The notes: generated by a model not told the origin, from the sequence alone. Shown: positions 11,632 to 24,290, counted from the stretch's first letter. The stretch is 64,000 bases of DNA from the human T2T-CHM13v2.0 reference genome, Homo sapiens (GCF_009914755.1 NC_060925.1), one strand, 5' to 3'. A program made the numbers and translations.

Positions 11632-11898
11632 CAGCTGAACTTAGTGAGCAGAGCCTCCCAGATGCTGCAAACTCAAGGAGGCCTCTGTGCTCAGATCTTT
11701 ATTTTCTCTCTCTCTCTCTCTCTGTCTCTGGCACAGCGTTTATGCTTTTTGGCAGTTCTTTCCTCTTCAATCCCCCATCTCTTCAATTACACATTCATGT
11801 ACACATCAACACTCCGATACCCTCAAACTACCAGAAGCCACATCAGAGACTTGAGAGCTTTGGACCAGGAACTGATGGAGACAAAGACGACCTAGGAA
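11632..11898 (+). repeat. Local duplication B, presumed donor
   Basis: Matches 10091-10361; continuous with non-LTR flanks. Confidence 0.95.
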
Positions 11899-12239
11899 TG
11901 GTTGCTTGCCCTACCCTCAGGAGTTTACAATTACTGATAGAGACAGAAGTCTTTGCAGGAGGTGGGGGGCGGGGGGTAGGAGAAACTTTACAAACACACC
12001 TGTCAGCATACACAGGGATAATAATAGGAAAGGGGGTTTTCATACAAGGGAAGCATCTGGAAACTGGGAGGGTCCTACAAAGCTGTATAATCCAGCGTCT
12101 GTTGAGATGCAGGAGACCACCCCAGCTCCCAGGCCTGCCTTGATAAACACCTTGAATTTGCAAGATGAAGTTTGAGGATGGGGAGGAGATGCTAATTATA
12201 GCCTATATTAATGAAGCTATAAAGTAAATAATTGTAGCC

Positions 12240-12644
12240 TCCTATTACCAAGCACGAAGGGAATATTTTGGGTAATCTAAGTGGAAAGTCCGGAGCGTAG
12301 GTCTGGCTTTAGGCATGGTGGAGTAGTAGCCTAAGGCTCACATCCTACCAGTTAGCAACCAACCCCAGGAAGAGTAAAGCTCCTTCCCCACTAGCTTTGG
12401 CAGAAAAGTCCTATAGGAAGATCTGATTAGCTGGGTTTGGGTCACATGACTACCCCAACCCAATCACTGTGACCAAGGGCATGAGATATTCTGATTGGCT
12501 AGGCCAGGGTCTTGTGCCCATCCCTGAAGAGGGGCAGTGGCCATGCCATCCAGACCACTGGCAATGGATTCCCCACAGAAATCTTTTACTGGAAGAAGTA
12601 GGGAGCTCAGTTCCGGACAGGCAGCACAATTGCAGCCTATGACA
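12240..12644 (-). mobile_element. Old MLT1 (J/K-like) LTR containing inverted-duplication arm 12447-12582
   Basis: ctgattagctggg...ggtcacatg...ccaatcactgtgacc...tctgattggctaggcc...tgcccatccctg motifs. Confidence 0.55.
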
Positions 12645-12966
12645 CCCTCTAAGCCTTAACTCCATGTATGACTGTATGAAGCAAATGACTTATCCTCATG
12701 ATGCATGTTTCTTCATCTGAAAGAGCGGTCATAGTTTTGATTTATGTTATATTTACACAATGCATAGCATGAAGCCGATGGTCAAGAATGCACTCTGAGA
12801 TGTTAGGGGGTATTCTATTCAACTGGAGCCCGTGGCACAGACATTTTCTTTGTAGCAAGCCACAGAGTAAGTGGTTTCATTCCCTGAGCCTCAATACCCG
12901 GTGGCCAACTAGGGTAACAGATTACTGTCCTTGGAAAGGCACAGAGCTCATCAGAAAGTGCAGGCA

Positions 12967-13320
<354 letters not shown>

Positions 13321-13819
13321 CTATCCCTGTCCCAACTCAAGCACAAATAAGATTACAGAAAGCCACAGAAGGCAGTATTCAGGAATTTAAAAGATAAACA
13401 TGCACGGGGTAATTGAATAGCATTCTGCTGAAAAATGAGCTCTCAGAGCTCATAATCGAGGCTATGCTTTAGTGGAGGGGCTCTCCCCGTCTCCCTTTGC
13501 AAACCCAGGAGGCCAGCAGCTTTAACCCTTTGGGAGGGCTGTACTAGGGAAGGGCAGGCTTTGGCTTTGTGAAGACTGAGGAGTCGTGGGAAAAGTCCGA
13601 TGATGGAATGAGGCGTCGGTGTTAGAGGGAGCCGCTTGTTTAAGCTGAGGGTGGAGAAGTGGGGTAGGCCCTGTGATTGCCAAGGGCCCATCAGCTCTGA
13701 GATTCCGATTCTACCATTATGATTTTTCAGATTCAACCATCAGAGATCTGCTGAGAGTGTACCATCTGTCTCGTCAGCACTGGGCTCTGCACTGTGGAAT
13801 AAACATACAAAGAGTGAGA

Positions 13820-14030
13820 ATACAGCAAATAGTTTATCTAGCATTCAGTGTGTGCCAAGCACTATTTTAAATGCTTTACATATAAGAACTAATTTGATCC
13901 TCACAGCAGCCACAGGAGGTAAGTTCTATTATTGTCCTAATTTGACCGTCAAAGAGTTTAAAGCAGAGTTTAAGTAACTTACTCAAGTTCATATGCTAGT
14001 AAGGAGAGAAGCAGGATTTAGACCCAGGGA
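13820..14030 (-). mobile_element. MIR SINE
   Basis: tgtgccaagcactattttaaatgctttacat...atcctcacagca...aagtaacttactcaagttca...ggatttagacccagg. Confidence 0.75.
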
Positions 14031-17000
14031 CAGGAGAAATAATATGATATGCATATTTAAGTATAAAAATATGATAACACAATCCCTGCTCACTTGAATT
14101 CACCATCTTGTGGGGAGCAAGGTGTCTGAAGGTTTGAAAACAAAGGGACATGATATGAGACCCAGAGTGGAAGGGCTGTCAGGGCCCTTTTTGTCAATCC
14201 CCTGCCTCTAAGGCCCAGCCTTTCTTAGCCACCCTTGGTAATAGCTGAGGACGGATGTTGCCCTTGGAACCATTACTCACGAACGTGCCGCACACCCCTA
14301 CTCCCCCAAACCCACCTCCCTCTCCCCTTTTCTCCCTTTCTCTGGTTATTGTAATTATTTGGGAATTTACAGAATAATCTGTCACCAAGTCCTCCAGAAC
14401 AAATTGAATGTCAGGTTTATAAAACAACCTAATAAAGCAGATGGCATCACCCGCTGGTGAATCTCTTCCCCGTTTCCTGCCCCACCCCCTCCCCACTTCA
14501 GTGTCTCAGAAGGCTGACAGATTATCCATTTACAGCCAGATTAATCCTGAACAGTATAAACATGGGGAGAAAATTACACTTTCTTGTCTCCATAATTGAT
14601 AAGAAGGATACATTAATCTATAAAGCCCGGAGGAAAGGCCCATCTGTTTGCCCAGACAATCGTGGGGATGTCTGGGAAAGAAGGAGACCCGTCCATCTCT
14701 CTGTCTGTCTGTCTGTCTGCCTTTTTGTCAGAAACCACTTTTTCAGAAGCTGCCCTCCCCTTCCCTGGCCCCAGAAACTGGGCACCTGTAACCTTAGACA
14801 GTCCCCTGGCCCTGCGTGGGAGGTAGCAAGGTTCAAGGACCCACATCTCAGGATTCCAGGCCAGGGACAGAGACTCTGCCTCTCTCCAGCTTTCATCTTC
14901 TTTCCAGAAGTTATGTCCATTGCAGAGATGTCCACAAGCCCAGCTCTGTGGTGTTTCTAAGCTTGCCTTTGGTTTCCTCAGACCAGCCCTTGAGGAGATT
15001 CCAAGCAAAATTTGTTCAGTAAGATTCTCATTCAATTCCCTGCCTGCTCTCTCCTATTGCTTTATAACTTTTTGCAGATTTACACACTTCCTTCCCTGTT
15101 CCCCCCCTCTTCCAGCACCTTCTCTGTTAGTGGCAGCTGCGAGGCATTAATTGTCTCCTTGAGGCCTGTCAGAGCTGTCAGGAAATGTCCCAAGGGCCGA
15201 TTTCTGCCAGTGGAGGGATGCGGTGGAGCCAGGGTTTCTGGTAGACTCTGCTCAAGAATTGACGGTCCCCTCCCAGCTCAGAGGTGATACTGAAAGGGAC
15301 ACATAAACATTGCCCCACTCCCTCTCTGTTTGGAGGATTTCCTAAGGCTCGTCCAGTCACTGTGCTTGGGATGGCTTGAGGAGGAGATGAAGGGAGCATG
15401 GCAGGTGGGTGGATTTATCTAGAGTGGGAGAGAGAGCCAGGGAAAGTCCTGAAAGGTCCCAGCTGGCCAGAAGAACCTCATTCGCCAGAAGGATCTCAAT
15501 GAGATAAATAGAAAATTAAAATGAAGATGGGGGAGGAAGACAGGCAGAGCAGACCTCCGGAAAATGCCGAGGGGCCAGAAAAAAGGGATATTGAGAGATG
15601 GAATAAAAGAAATACAGAAGTCTATGGCAAGAGCTCGCAGTTCCTGTCTCCAGCATGGATGGGCATGTTTTGGGGTTTGGGGATCTCTGCTCCCTTAGTC
15701 TCTACTGTGTTATTTCCTCCGGAGGAGAGAGGGGGTGCTGCCTCCAAAGTGAGGCACATTCCTGACGCACTCCCTATTTTGTGTGGAGGTGCACTGAGTG
15801 CCCAGGGTCTGAGTAAATAGCAGGAATCTCACAGGTGGGTTGTGTTTTACCAAACGCTTCACACCCACCCCCCAGACTGCAGACTACCTTTGGTTAGGCT
15901 TTTCCAAAGAGGTGGACTGTGGGAGGAAATGCTGTGGACTGAAGTGTGGGCTCCCAGGGCCACTTGTCTCTGCGGGAATTGGTGGACACAGGAGGACTTC
16001 CGACAAATGTTCCAGTCTTTGTCTTGCAACTCCCAGCTCTTTGTACCAATGGTGCACGCTACTCCCGGCTGAAGTTTGAGGATGACGCTAACCAGGTTGT
16101 CCAGACTGGACTGTAGCTCTTAGAGCACTGATGGTGCTTGGGCTGTTCTTTGGGTTCCAGAGTTGAACAAAGTTAAACAGTGCTTCTTCCCCTGACTTAC
16201 TTTTTGGTATTCTTTGCTTTCCATCTCTTCTCTACTTTGGCTAATTTTTCTCCACTTCTTTCTGTTTTTTTTTTCCCTCTTGCTCTCTACATTCTACAAC
16301 TTTGATTGTGGGTTTGATACAATCTCAACGAAATTGTAAATACTAACTCATTTTGGTTTCATGCTTTTCTTTTTAAAATAAATGATTAAGTTCTACATAT
16401 GTGTATATTTTAAATTGACAATTGTAATTTTAAAGGAGAAAAAGATTAGTGACTCTGATTCCAGGGTTCTATAAACTTGGATGTAATATTCCATTTTCAT
16501 TTACTAATTTTAATAAAAATTATTACAACATGAATTGTAAAGTAATAATATGTAAATTATCTAGAGAAACCAACAAAGCACTCAATTTTAGCCCCTAAAT
16601 GTAGTAATTAATTCTGGATGATCATCTAAGGTTTGGAGGGTGAATTTTAATAGGTGTACGTTTGGGTAATAAAATGAAATTTTTTACTATTATTTGAGAG
16701 TCTCAAACTGCTTCAATCAATTAACTTGTTCTGTCTAAAGAGGCAGCTTTTGTGCTGTTTTAACAGTGAAAGCTGAGTTTCTTGGTTCTATCACTTCATT
16801 TTCATAGAGCCACAACCAGCATTAGCCTCCCACATGCTGTCCAAAGAGCAGGTTGCTGGGTTTTTTTTGTTTGTTTGTTTATTTAAATTGAAAAGCCTTG
16901 TGTTAGACATCCTCAAAAGATACAAGGAAAGTGAGAAATGCTACTTTTGTCCTTAAAAAGACAAGGCAGAGTTAGAAAATGTGCCTGTCCCAAAGATGTC

Positions 17001-17299
17001 ATTAAGAACGTTACAAAACAAAACCAGCTGTTAAAAAAAAAAAAAAAGTGACGTGACGTGCGAGAGAATTGGAGAATGGGGAACTGGGTTTTGTATTTGT
17101 CATATCTCACAGTTTTTCTCACATTGTCCCCTGTGCCTAGACTGCCTGTCCCATACTCTATGTCTCATACATTCCTGGCATCCCTTCCCCTTCCCCTCCT
17201 TGGTAGAAGTGACTGCTCCTCCTTTGGGTGGTCACTGTGTCTGCTCCATGCTTCTATTAACATCTTCTTGCATTTTAATATTATTCCATGTTTGTAAAT

Positions 17300-19180
17300 T
17301 TAAGATTCAAGAAGCTCAGTAAACCACAAACAGGATAAACTCAAGGAAAACTTCACCTAATCTCATAGTCAAAATGGTGAAAATCAAAGCAAAGAAAGAC
17401 TCTTTAAAGCTGCTAGAGGAAAAGCTACACATTACATATACACAGGTTCTGAGGGCTGCAGGTTTCTTCTTGTCCCATGAAGGTCAGAAGATGGGATCAA
17501 CATCTCTAAAGTACTAAAAGAAGGAACTGTCAACTCAGGATTCTACATCCAGCAGAAATATCCTGCAGGTGTGAAGTCAAAATAGAGCTACTCTCAGATG
17601 CAGCAAAAGTGAGATAATTTATTACCAGAATACATTTTCTGTAATAAATGATAAAGGAAATTCATCAGAGGCTAAAAGATAATGATAACAAAAGAAAGTT
17701 GGATTTTAGGGAATGAAGGAAGAGCAACAGAAGTGGTAAATATCTGGGTAAATATAAGAGACTTTTTAAAAAAGTTTTAAAAAACACCTAGGACCATTGG
17801 AAGCAAAACTTATAACATAAGCTGGTGGAGTTTTTAATGTGTGAGGATATAGTCAAATGACAATTATAACATAGAAGTCATTTGAAGGGAATATTAAAGG
17901 ACTTTTATGTGGTTGCAAAGCTTCTATATTTTACTTGAATGTGAAAATATATATATATAGTAATCTCTAAAGCAACCACTAAAAAATAATACAAACAGAT
18001 TTAGCCACAATGCTAATGATAAATTTAAAAAGACTACTAAAAATTATCTAAGTAACCCAAAAGAAGGCTGAAAAAGGGGCATATAGGAAAGAAACTAGAG
18101 GGAGGCTGGGCACAGTTGTTCATGCCTATAATCCGAGGACTTTGGTAGGCCAAGGCAGGAGGATCACTTGAGCCCAGGAGTTTGAGACCAGCTTGGCCAA
18201 CATAGCAAGACTCCATCTCTACAAAAAATTAAGAAAAAAAAATTAGCCAGGCATGATGGCATGTGCTTGTAGTCCCAGCTACTCAGGAGGCTGAGGGGGG
18301 ATCACTTGAGCTCAGGAGTTTGAGGCTATAGTGATCTATGATGGTGACACTGCACTTCAGTCCAGATGACAGAGCAAGACACTGTCTCAAAAACAGAAAA
18401 ACAAATAAAAAAAGAAGAGACAAATGGAAATCAAAGAGTAAAGTGGTAGAACTAAATCCAACAATATGAATAAGTACATTAAATGCTGATGATCTAAACC
18501 CTTCAATTAAAAGTCCAGGATTGACAGAGTGAATAAAAAGGCAAGTTGTTATTATATGCTGCCGTCAAATGACACATTTCAAATGCAAAGGCACAGATAG
18601 GTTTAAAGTAAATATATACCATGCAAATAATAAGCATAAGAAGCCTAGAATGGCTATTTTTAAATCAGCTAAAATAGATTTCAAGACAAAGAGTATCACT
18701 AGAGATAAAGAGGGACATTTCATAATGATAAAAGGGACAGTTCATCCAGAAGACATAGCAATTATAAATGTATATGAACCTAGTAACAGAACCATTCCAA
18801 TCCTGGAAATAAAAACAATAAAAAGGAATGAACCTTGATACATAACCGAGATGAATCTGAAATCATTATATTTAGTAAAAAAAAAAAGCCAGGCAAAAAA
18901 TAGCACATACCATATAATTTCATTTATATAAAATTCTGGAAAATACACACTAATTTATAGTGACAGAAAGTAGATTAGTGGTTGCTTACAAATGGAGGTA
19001 GAGGCAGGCATGGATGTTGAAGAACACAAATAAGTTTTTGGAAGTGATGGAAATGTTTGTTGTCTTTATCATGGCAATTTTTTTGAATGTAAAATGGTCA
19101 AAACTCAACAAACTACATTTAAATATGGAGTTTAGTGTACTTCAGTTATAACTCAGTAAGATTGGAGAAAAATAAATGCC
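17300..19180 (+). mobile_element. Degenerate L1M (ORF1, inter-ORF, ORF2 endonuclease start, then 3' end), interrupted by AluJ
   Basis: ORF 18569..18838 gives KIDFKTKSITRDKEGHFIMIKG...IINVYEPSN, an L1 ORF2p APE endonuclease remnant; ORF1-like aagattcaagaagctcag...; 3'UTR-like atagtgacagaaagtagattagtggttgc. Confidence 0.85.
18104..18414 (+). mobile_element. AluJ
   Basis: Full dimer with ggaggatcacttgagcccaggagtttgag (J-type) and A tail. Confidence 0.9.
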
Positions 19181-19497
19181 TAAAAAAAGTAATGAGTACT
19201 TACTAAACACTTCTAACTTCAATCTAATACTACAGGAGTTTTCCTCTTCTTTTTCCTTTCCTTATTTGTATCTTGTTCTTCCACAATGATTCTCTCCAAA
19301 AGATTCTTAGCCTCCCTGGTTCTCAACAACATCAGCATATATAGTCATTTGCCAAAATAGTTTGGGAATTGTTATTGTATATCATTACCAAAACAAAACA
19401 AAGTTCAAACTTTCTTTGCAGTTCTTATTTTATTTAGAACATGTCCCCCTGAGAATGTACAGTTCAAATACTATGTTCTCAAGAGTTACTTGGATTG

Positions 19498-19677
19498 GGG
19501 GGAGGAATAGCATTAGGAGATATACCTAATGTAAATGACAAGTTAATGGGTGCAGCACACCAACATGGCACATGTATACATACGTAACAAACATGCACGT
19601 TGTGCACATGTACCCTAGAACTTAAAGTATAATAAAAAAATATATAAATAAGGTACATTATATGCAAAGTTAAAAAA
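19498..19677 (+). mobile_element. Severely 5'-truncated L1PA with 17-bp TSD
   Basis: atagcattaggagatatacctaatg...gggtgcagcacaccaacatggcacatgtatac...cttaaagtataataaaa; TSD aagagttacttggattg at 19481-19497 and 19678-19694. Confidence 0.95.
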
Positions 19678-20220
19678 AAGAGTTACTTGGATTGATGTTT
19701 CCCTTCTGTATAGACACCTTGTCAACTACCAAAGGCATATAGATAAATTCATTTGTTTCTGTTTATACAATTTTCCTCATCAAACATGAGGAAAACATTT
19801 GATGATTTAATTTTATTTTCACGTATAGTAAAATATTTGGTGGGTCAAAAAGTAAAACTAAACAAAAGGTACATTTAAAGAACTGTTCCCCTTTCTTAGC
19901 ATTTTCTTCTTGTTTCAACTCACTCCCTGCCAGAAACCAATTTCCCTGGCTTCTGATTTATCCTTCCTATGTTTCTTTTGCAAAAATGGGAATATATTTT
20001 TATTTTACTTTCTTTCATACAAAAATATAACATACTATCTATGATTTTTACTTTAAAATATCCTGGCAATCACTTCACATCAATTTACAGAGCTATTTCT
20101 CATTTTTATAACTGTGTATTATGCCTTTGAATGGATATACAATGACTTATTCTACCAATCTATCATTCATATATGCATAACAGATTCTTCCCAATATTTT
20201 GTCCTTATAAATAATACTAT

Positions 20221-20580
20221 AAGTTGAGAATCTTAATTAAAACATCTGAAATTCAAAATGCTCCAAAATCCAAAACTTTTTGAGTGCCGACATGATGCCA
20301 CGAGTGGAAAATCTCACACCAGACTTTGCTTCATGGGTCACAGTCAAAATGCAATTAAAACCTTGTTTCATGCATAAAATTATTAAAAATATCGTATAAA
20401 GTTAACTTCAGGCTACATGTATAGGGTATATATAAAACGTAAATGAATATTATATTTAGACTTGGGTCTGATGCCCAAGATAGTTCATTATTTATATGCA
20501 AATATTACAAAATCCAAAAAATATCTGAAATTGGAAACACTTCTGTTCCCAAGCATTTCAGCTAAGGGATACTCAACATG
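20221..20580. mobile_element. Tigger4-like (MER46/Zombi) TcMar DNA transposon
   Basis: TIR-like aagttgagaatc / gatactcaacatg with flanking TA; aaatgctccaaaatccaaaactttttgagtgccgacatgatgcc. Confidence 0.8.
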
Positions 20581-21194
20581 TATCATGAATGATCTTGTAC
20601 ATATTTTGTTTCACATTTTAGGATATGGATCTTCAAAGTAAATTAATATATTATTATTTATTGGATGAAAGGTTAAATCCATACATAGTTGTGTTAGATA
20701 CTGCCAGATATTAGATATTATATTAAATATAGCCAAATCCCTTCTGTAGAGTTCTACCATTTTGCATTCCCACCAGCATTGAAATTGAGTGCCAATTTTT
20801 CCATATCCTGTCAACAGAATGCTTTGTGAAGCTTTTGAAATTTTGCCAATCTTGTAATTGCAAGATGGTATCTATGTGATTTTAATTAGCATTTCTCTTA
20901 TTCTGATGCTCTTTTTATATATTTATGGATGATTTGTATATCTTTCTTTGTTTCCTTGATTTTTATGAGTTGTTTATGCAACAGGCGTGTTAAACCTTTA
21001 TCTGTGATATGCATTGCCAATTGCTAATATTTTCCCATTATATAATGTGTCTTTTGACTGTGTTTTTGGCGATTTCAGCCATGTAAAAGTTTTTTTTAAT
21101 GTAATTGTATTAATCAATATTGTCTTTTATTGATTCTGAATTGGGAGTCATAATAAGACTTTTTAATAAGCCAGATTATAAGATAACTCACCTG

Positions 21195-21641
21195 TGTCCT
21201 AGTCCATGTTACTATAAAGGAATACCAAGGCTGGGTAATTTCTGGGTAATTTATAAAGAAAAGAGGTTTATTTCACTCATGATTCTGCAGGCTTTTTAGG
21301 AGAAGCATGGTGCCAGCATCTACTTCTGGTGAGAGCTTCAAGCTGTGTCCACTCACGGCAGAAGGCAGGGGTGAGCCAGCTTGTGCAGAAATCACATGAT
21401 GAGAGTGGAGGCAAGAGAGAGAAGAATCAAGAGAGGAAGAAGGTGCCAGGCGCTTGTTAACAACCAGGTGTCTCAGGAACTAATAGAGTGATAACTCACT
21501 CATTACGGGGAGGAGGCCTCAAGCCATTTATGAGAGATCCGCCCCCATGGCTCAAAACACCTTCCAGTAGGCACCCCCTCCAACATCGAGGATCAGATTT
21601 TAACATGAGATTTGGAGGGGTCAAATATCCAAACCATAGCA
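21195..21641 (-). mobile_element. MSTB-like MaLR solo LTR
   Basis: tgtcctagtcc...ctgggtaatttataaagaaaagaggtttattt...aagcatggtgccagcatct...aacatgagatttggagggg...atccaaaccatagca; 5-bp TSD acctg/ccctg. Confidence 0.85.
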
Positions 21642-22208
21642 CCCTGTTTTCCTTTAATCCTGTGTGATTTCATGTGTGCATCACACATCTGATCTATTTG
21701 CAGTTTATTCTTGGATAGGGTGTGAGGTATGGTTCCAATTTTATCCTTTTCCAAATAGTTATCCAATTGCCTTAGCATTATTTATTTTAAAGTTCGTCTT
21801 TTCTCCGGTGATTTGATATGATACCTTTTTCATATAATACGTTTCTTATGGACTTCATCTATTTCTTTATCTCCTGCTTTATTAGTCTGCCTATTAGTGC
21901 AGCAGTACCATACTGTTTTAATTTTGGACAGAGCCTCTGTGTTTTAATTGATGCACTAAATCCCTGTATGGGTATTGTAATTCTATTAATTGAGGAGTTA
22001 TTTCTGCTATGTTATTTCATATTTTATTTTTATTCTACATTTATTTTTTATTTGTTTTCTTTATGGTTTCTATTGGATAGATCAAATTTTCTTATGCTTA
22101 TTTAAAGGTTTTATCTTCTACTTTTTTATTATGGTGGCTGCCTTTAATCCAAAACCTATAATTATATTTATTTGTCTTGATAATGTCTACAATTTTAGTT
22201 TTGAGGGG

Positions 22209-22418
22209 TTAGAACAGCTAGGGGAGCAAACCAGACAAGTACTAAAGAAACCTCCATGTTTGATATAAACCCAATGCACAGGTCCACACAGACAGGGCAT
22301 GGAGGTGTGCTCCGCAGGGGCACCGCACAGACCTGTGTGAGGGCAAGCCTGGATGCATGTACAACTAAACATCCTCACAGATACACTTTAGTGTAGGTGG
22401 AGACCTGGTTTATGGGTT
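22209..22418 (+). repeat. Local duplication A, copy 2 (inside old L1)
   Basis: GC-richer island in T-rich L1 matching 9647-9857. Confidence 0.95.
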
Positions 22419-22867
22419 TTTCTGTTTCTTTTTTTTCTTTTTGTTATTTGGATATGCTTTTTTCTTACATTTTCTTTGATCCTTGCTTTTTTTTTTTTAC
22501 ACAATAATTTGTACCAAGTAATTTGACCATTCTTCCATCATATTTCTCTCTCAGCACTTTCCTGAATTTATTTCTCTTTTTATCGGGTACTCTTCCAAGA
22601 GTGTTTTCAAATTGGGATTTTGTGTGGCAAACTTTCTGAGGCCTCATATTCCTGGAAATATGTTCATGGCGTTCTTGCATGTAAGTGACAATTTGGCTGG
22701 ATATGAAATTCTAGGTTCAATATTCTTTTTCCTTTAATACTTCAAACGTATTTTTCTCCATGTTTTCCTATGCCCAATGTACTCTTCAGAAATCTAATAA
22801 ATTGTGATTCCTTACTTTTTTAGGTGACTGTTTTATCTTTCTGGAAACTTTTAGAATTTTCTTCTGA

Positions 22868-23163
22868 TTTTTTTCTTTTTCAAGGCAGAGTCTTGCTCTG
22901 TTGCCCAGGCTGCAGTGCAATGGCTTGATCTTGGCTCCCTGCAACCTCTGCCTCCAAGGTTCAAGTGATTCTCATGACTCCACCTCCCAAGCAGCTGGGA
23001 TTACAGGCATGTGCCACCACACTCAGCTAATTTTTGTACTTTTAATGGAGACGGGGTTTCGCTATGTTGGCCAGGCTGGTCTCGAACTCCTGTCCTCAAG
23101 TGATCTGCCTGCCTCGGCCTCCCAAAGTTTTGGGATTACAGGCGTGAGCCACTGCTCCTGGCC
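22868..23163 (-). mobile_element. Alu (S-type)
   Basis: Antisense dimer; ttcttctg on both flanks. Confidence 0.9.
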
Positions 23164-24252
23164 TTCTTCTGTATGTTTAATATTCTTAGTTTCACTGAAG
23201 TATTCTAGGTGTGGGTTTTTCTTTATTCTTGTTGGCACTGTGCAAGTCCTTTCCATCTGAAGTCTTTTGTCTTTTATTCTTATTTCTTCAAATGTTTCCT
23301 CCCCTTCATGTTTTTCCTCACCTCCTGGGAATCTCATTGTTTGGATATTAGCACCTCAGTTTACTTATAACCATATTGTAAGTAAATGTAAGTCACAACA
23401 TTCTTAGCCTTTATTTCATATTTTCTATCTTTTCATCTGCTGCTGCTGCCCTGCGGGAGAACATCTCGACATGATCTTTCAGCTTAGAAATTCTGCTTTC
23501 AGGGATGTCCATCCAGTAATTTATCCCTTCTGTTTGTTTCAAATCATTCATATACAATATTTCTATTTGTTTCCTTTTTATAATTTATTCTACCTGTTCC
23601 ATATTTTAGTATCTTCTCTTCTGTTGGGAATATTTATTATGCTTGTTTAAAATCTTGGTGTATCTGTCTCAATTATCCTGGTTCACAGGATGCGTATTGT
23701 TCAGTTTGTTGCCTTTCTTTTAAAGTGGTTTTATTCCTTGAGGTCAAATTAATTTGGCCCGTAAACTTATGTTCCCTTGGGGCTGTCAGTTATTCTGCGC
23801 AGTACTGTGTAGTGAAGGAGCATCTGAAATCTTAGTCTATTACTTCCTGCTGAATTTAAATAAGAGGGGAGGGAATGAGCTCCAAGCCAGAGAGCCCCTG
23901 GTTCCACAGAAACCCTCTTGATATGTTCCAGCAACCTGCTATCCCCCTTCCCAATTTAGGATCCCTTTTAGATGCTACTTTCTTACTGTGCAACCCCTCT
24001 GTCCAGTATTTTCCTTTCAAAGAAGCAGACTTGGGAGGTGGCCATCCCTTTAGTAGATCCAGCAGGCTTCAGGGTTAAAGGGGCAGCAGAGGATGTAGGA
24101 TGGATGAACGAATGCCCAAGGGCAGACAGAAGTCCATTTCTGGTCCCATTAGCTCTTATCCTAATAGGGTTTTTGGTTTTCTCTGATTATATTCTTGGAA
24201 TCTCTGAGGACTTGGTTATGATGCTGCTTGTTCTAGGTAGACAATGGTCACC

Positions 24253-24290
24253 GTGTGTGTGTGTGTGTGTGTGTGTGTGCATGTGTGTGT
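24253..24290. repeat. (TG)n microsatellite
   Basis: Direct reading. Confidence 0.9.

Larger units (their letters stand above)
19950..23800 (-). mobile_element. Fragmented old L1ME-type LINE hosting Tigger4, MST, Alu and duplication A copy
   Basis: T-rich antisense L1 motifs (ttgcattcccaccagca, ttttgccaatct, ttaattagcatttctct, gcagtaccatactgttttaat, ttggctggatatgaaattctaggtt). Confidence 0.65.

Noticed and set aside
10052-12143. Paralogous ORF pairs (10052..10468 vs 11644..11895 / 11742..12143)
   Set aside because: By-product of duplication B; the frame shifts at the (TC)n tract between copies, so there is no coding constraint.
18569-18838. Endonuclease-like ORF
   Set aside because: Dead L1 ORF2 fragment, truncated; not a host gene.
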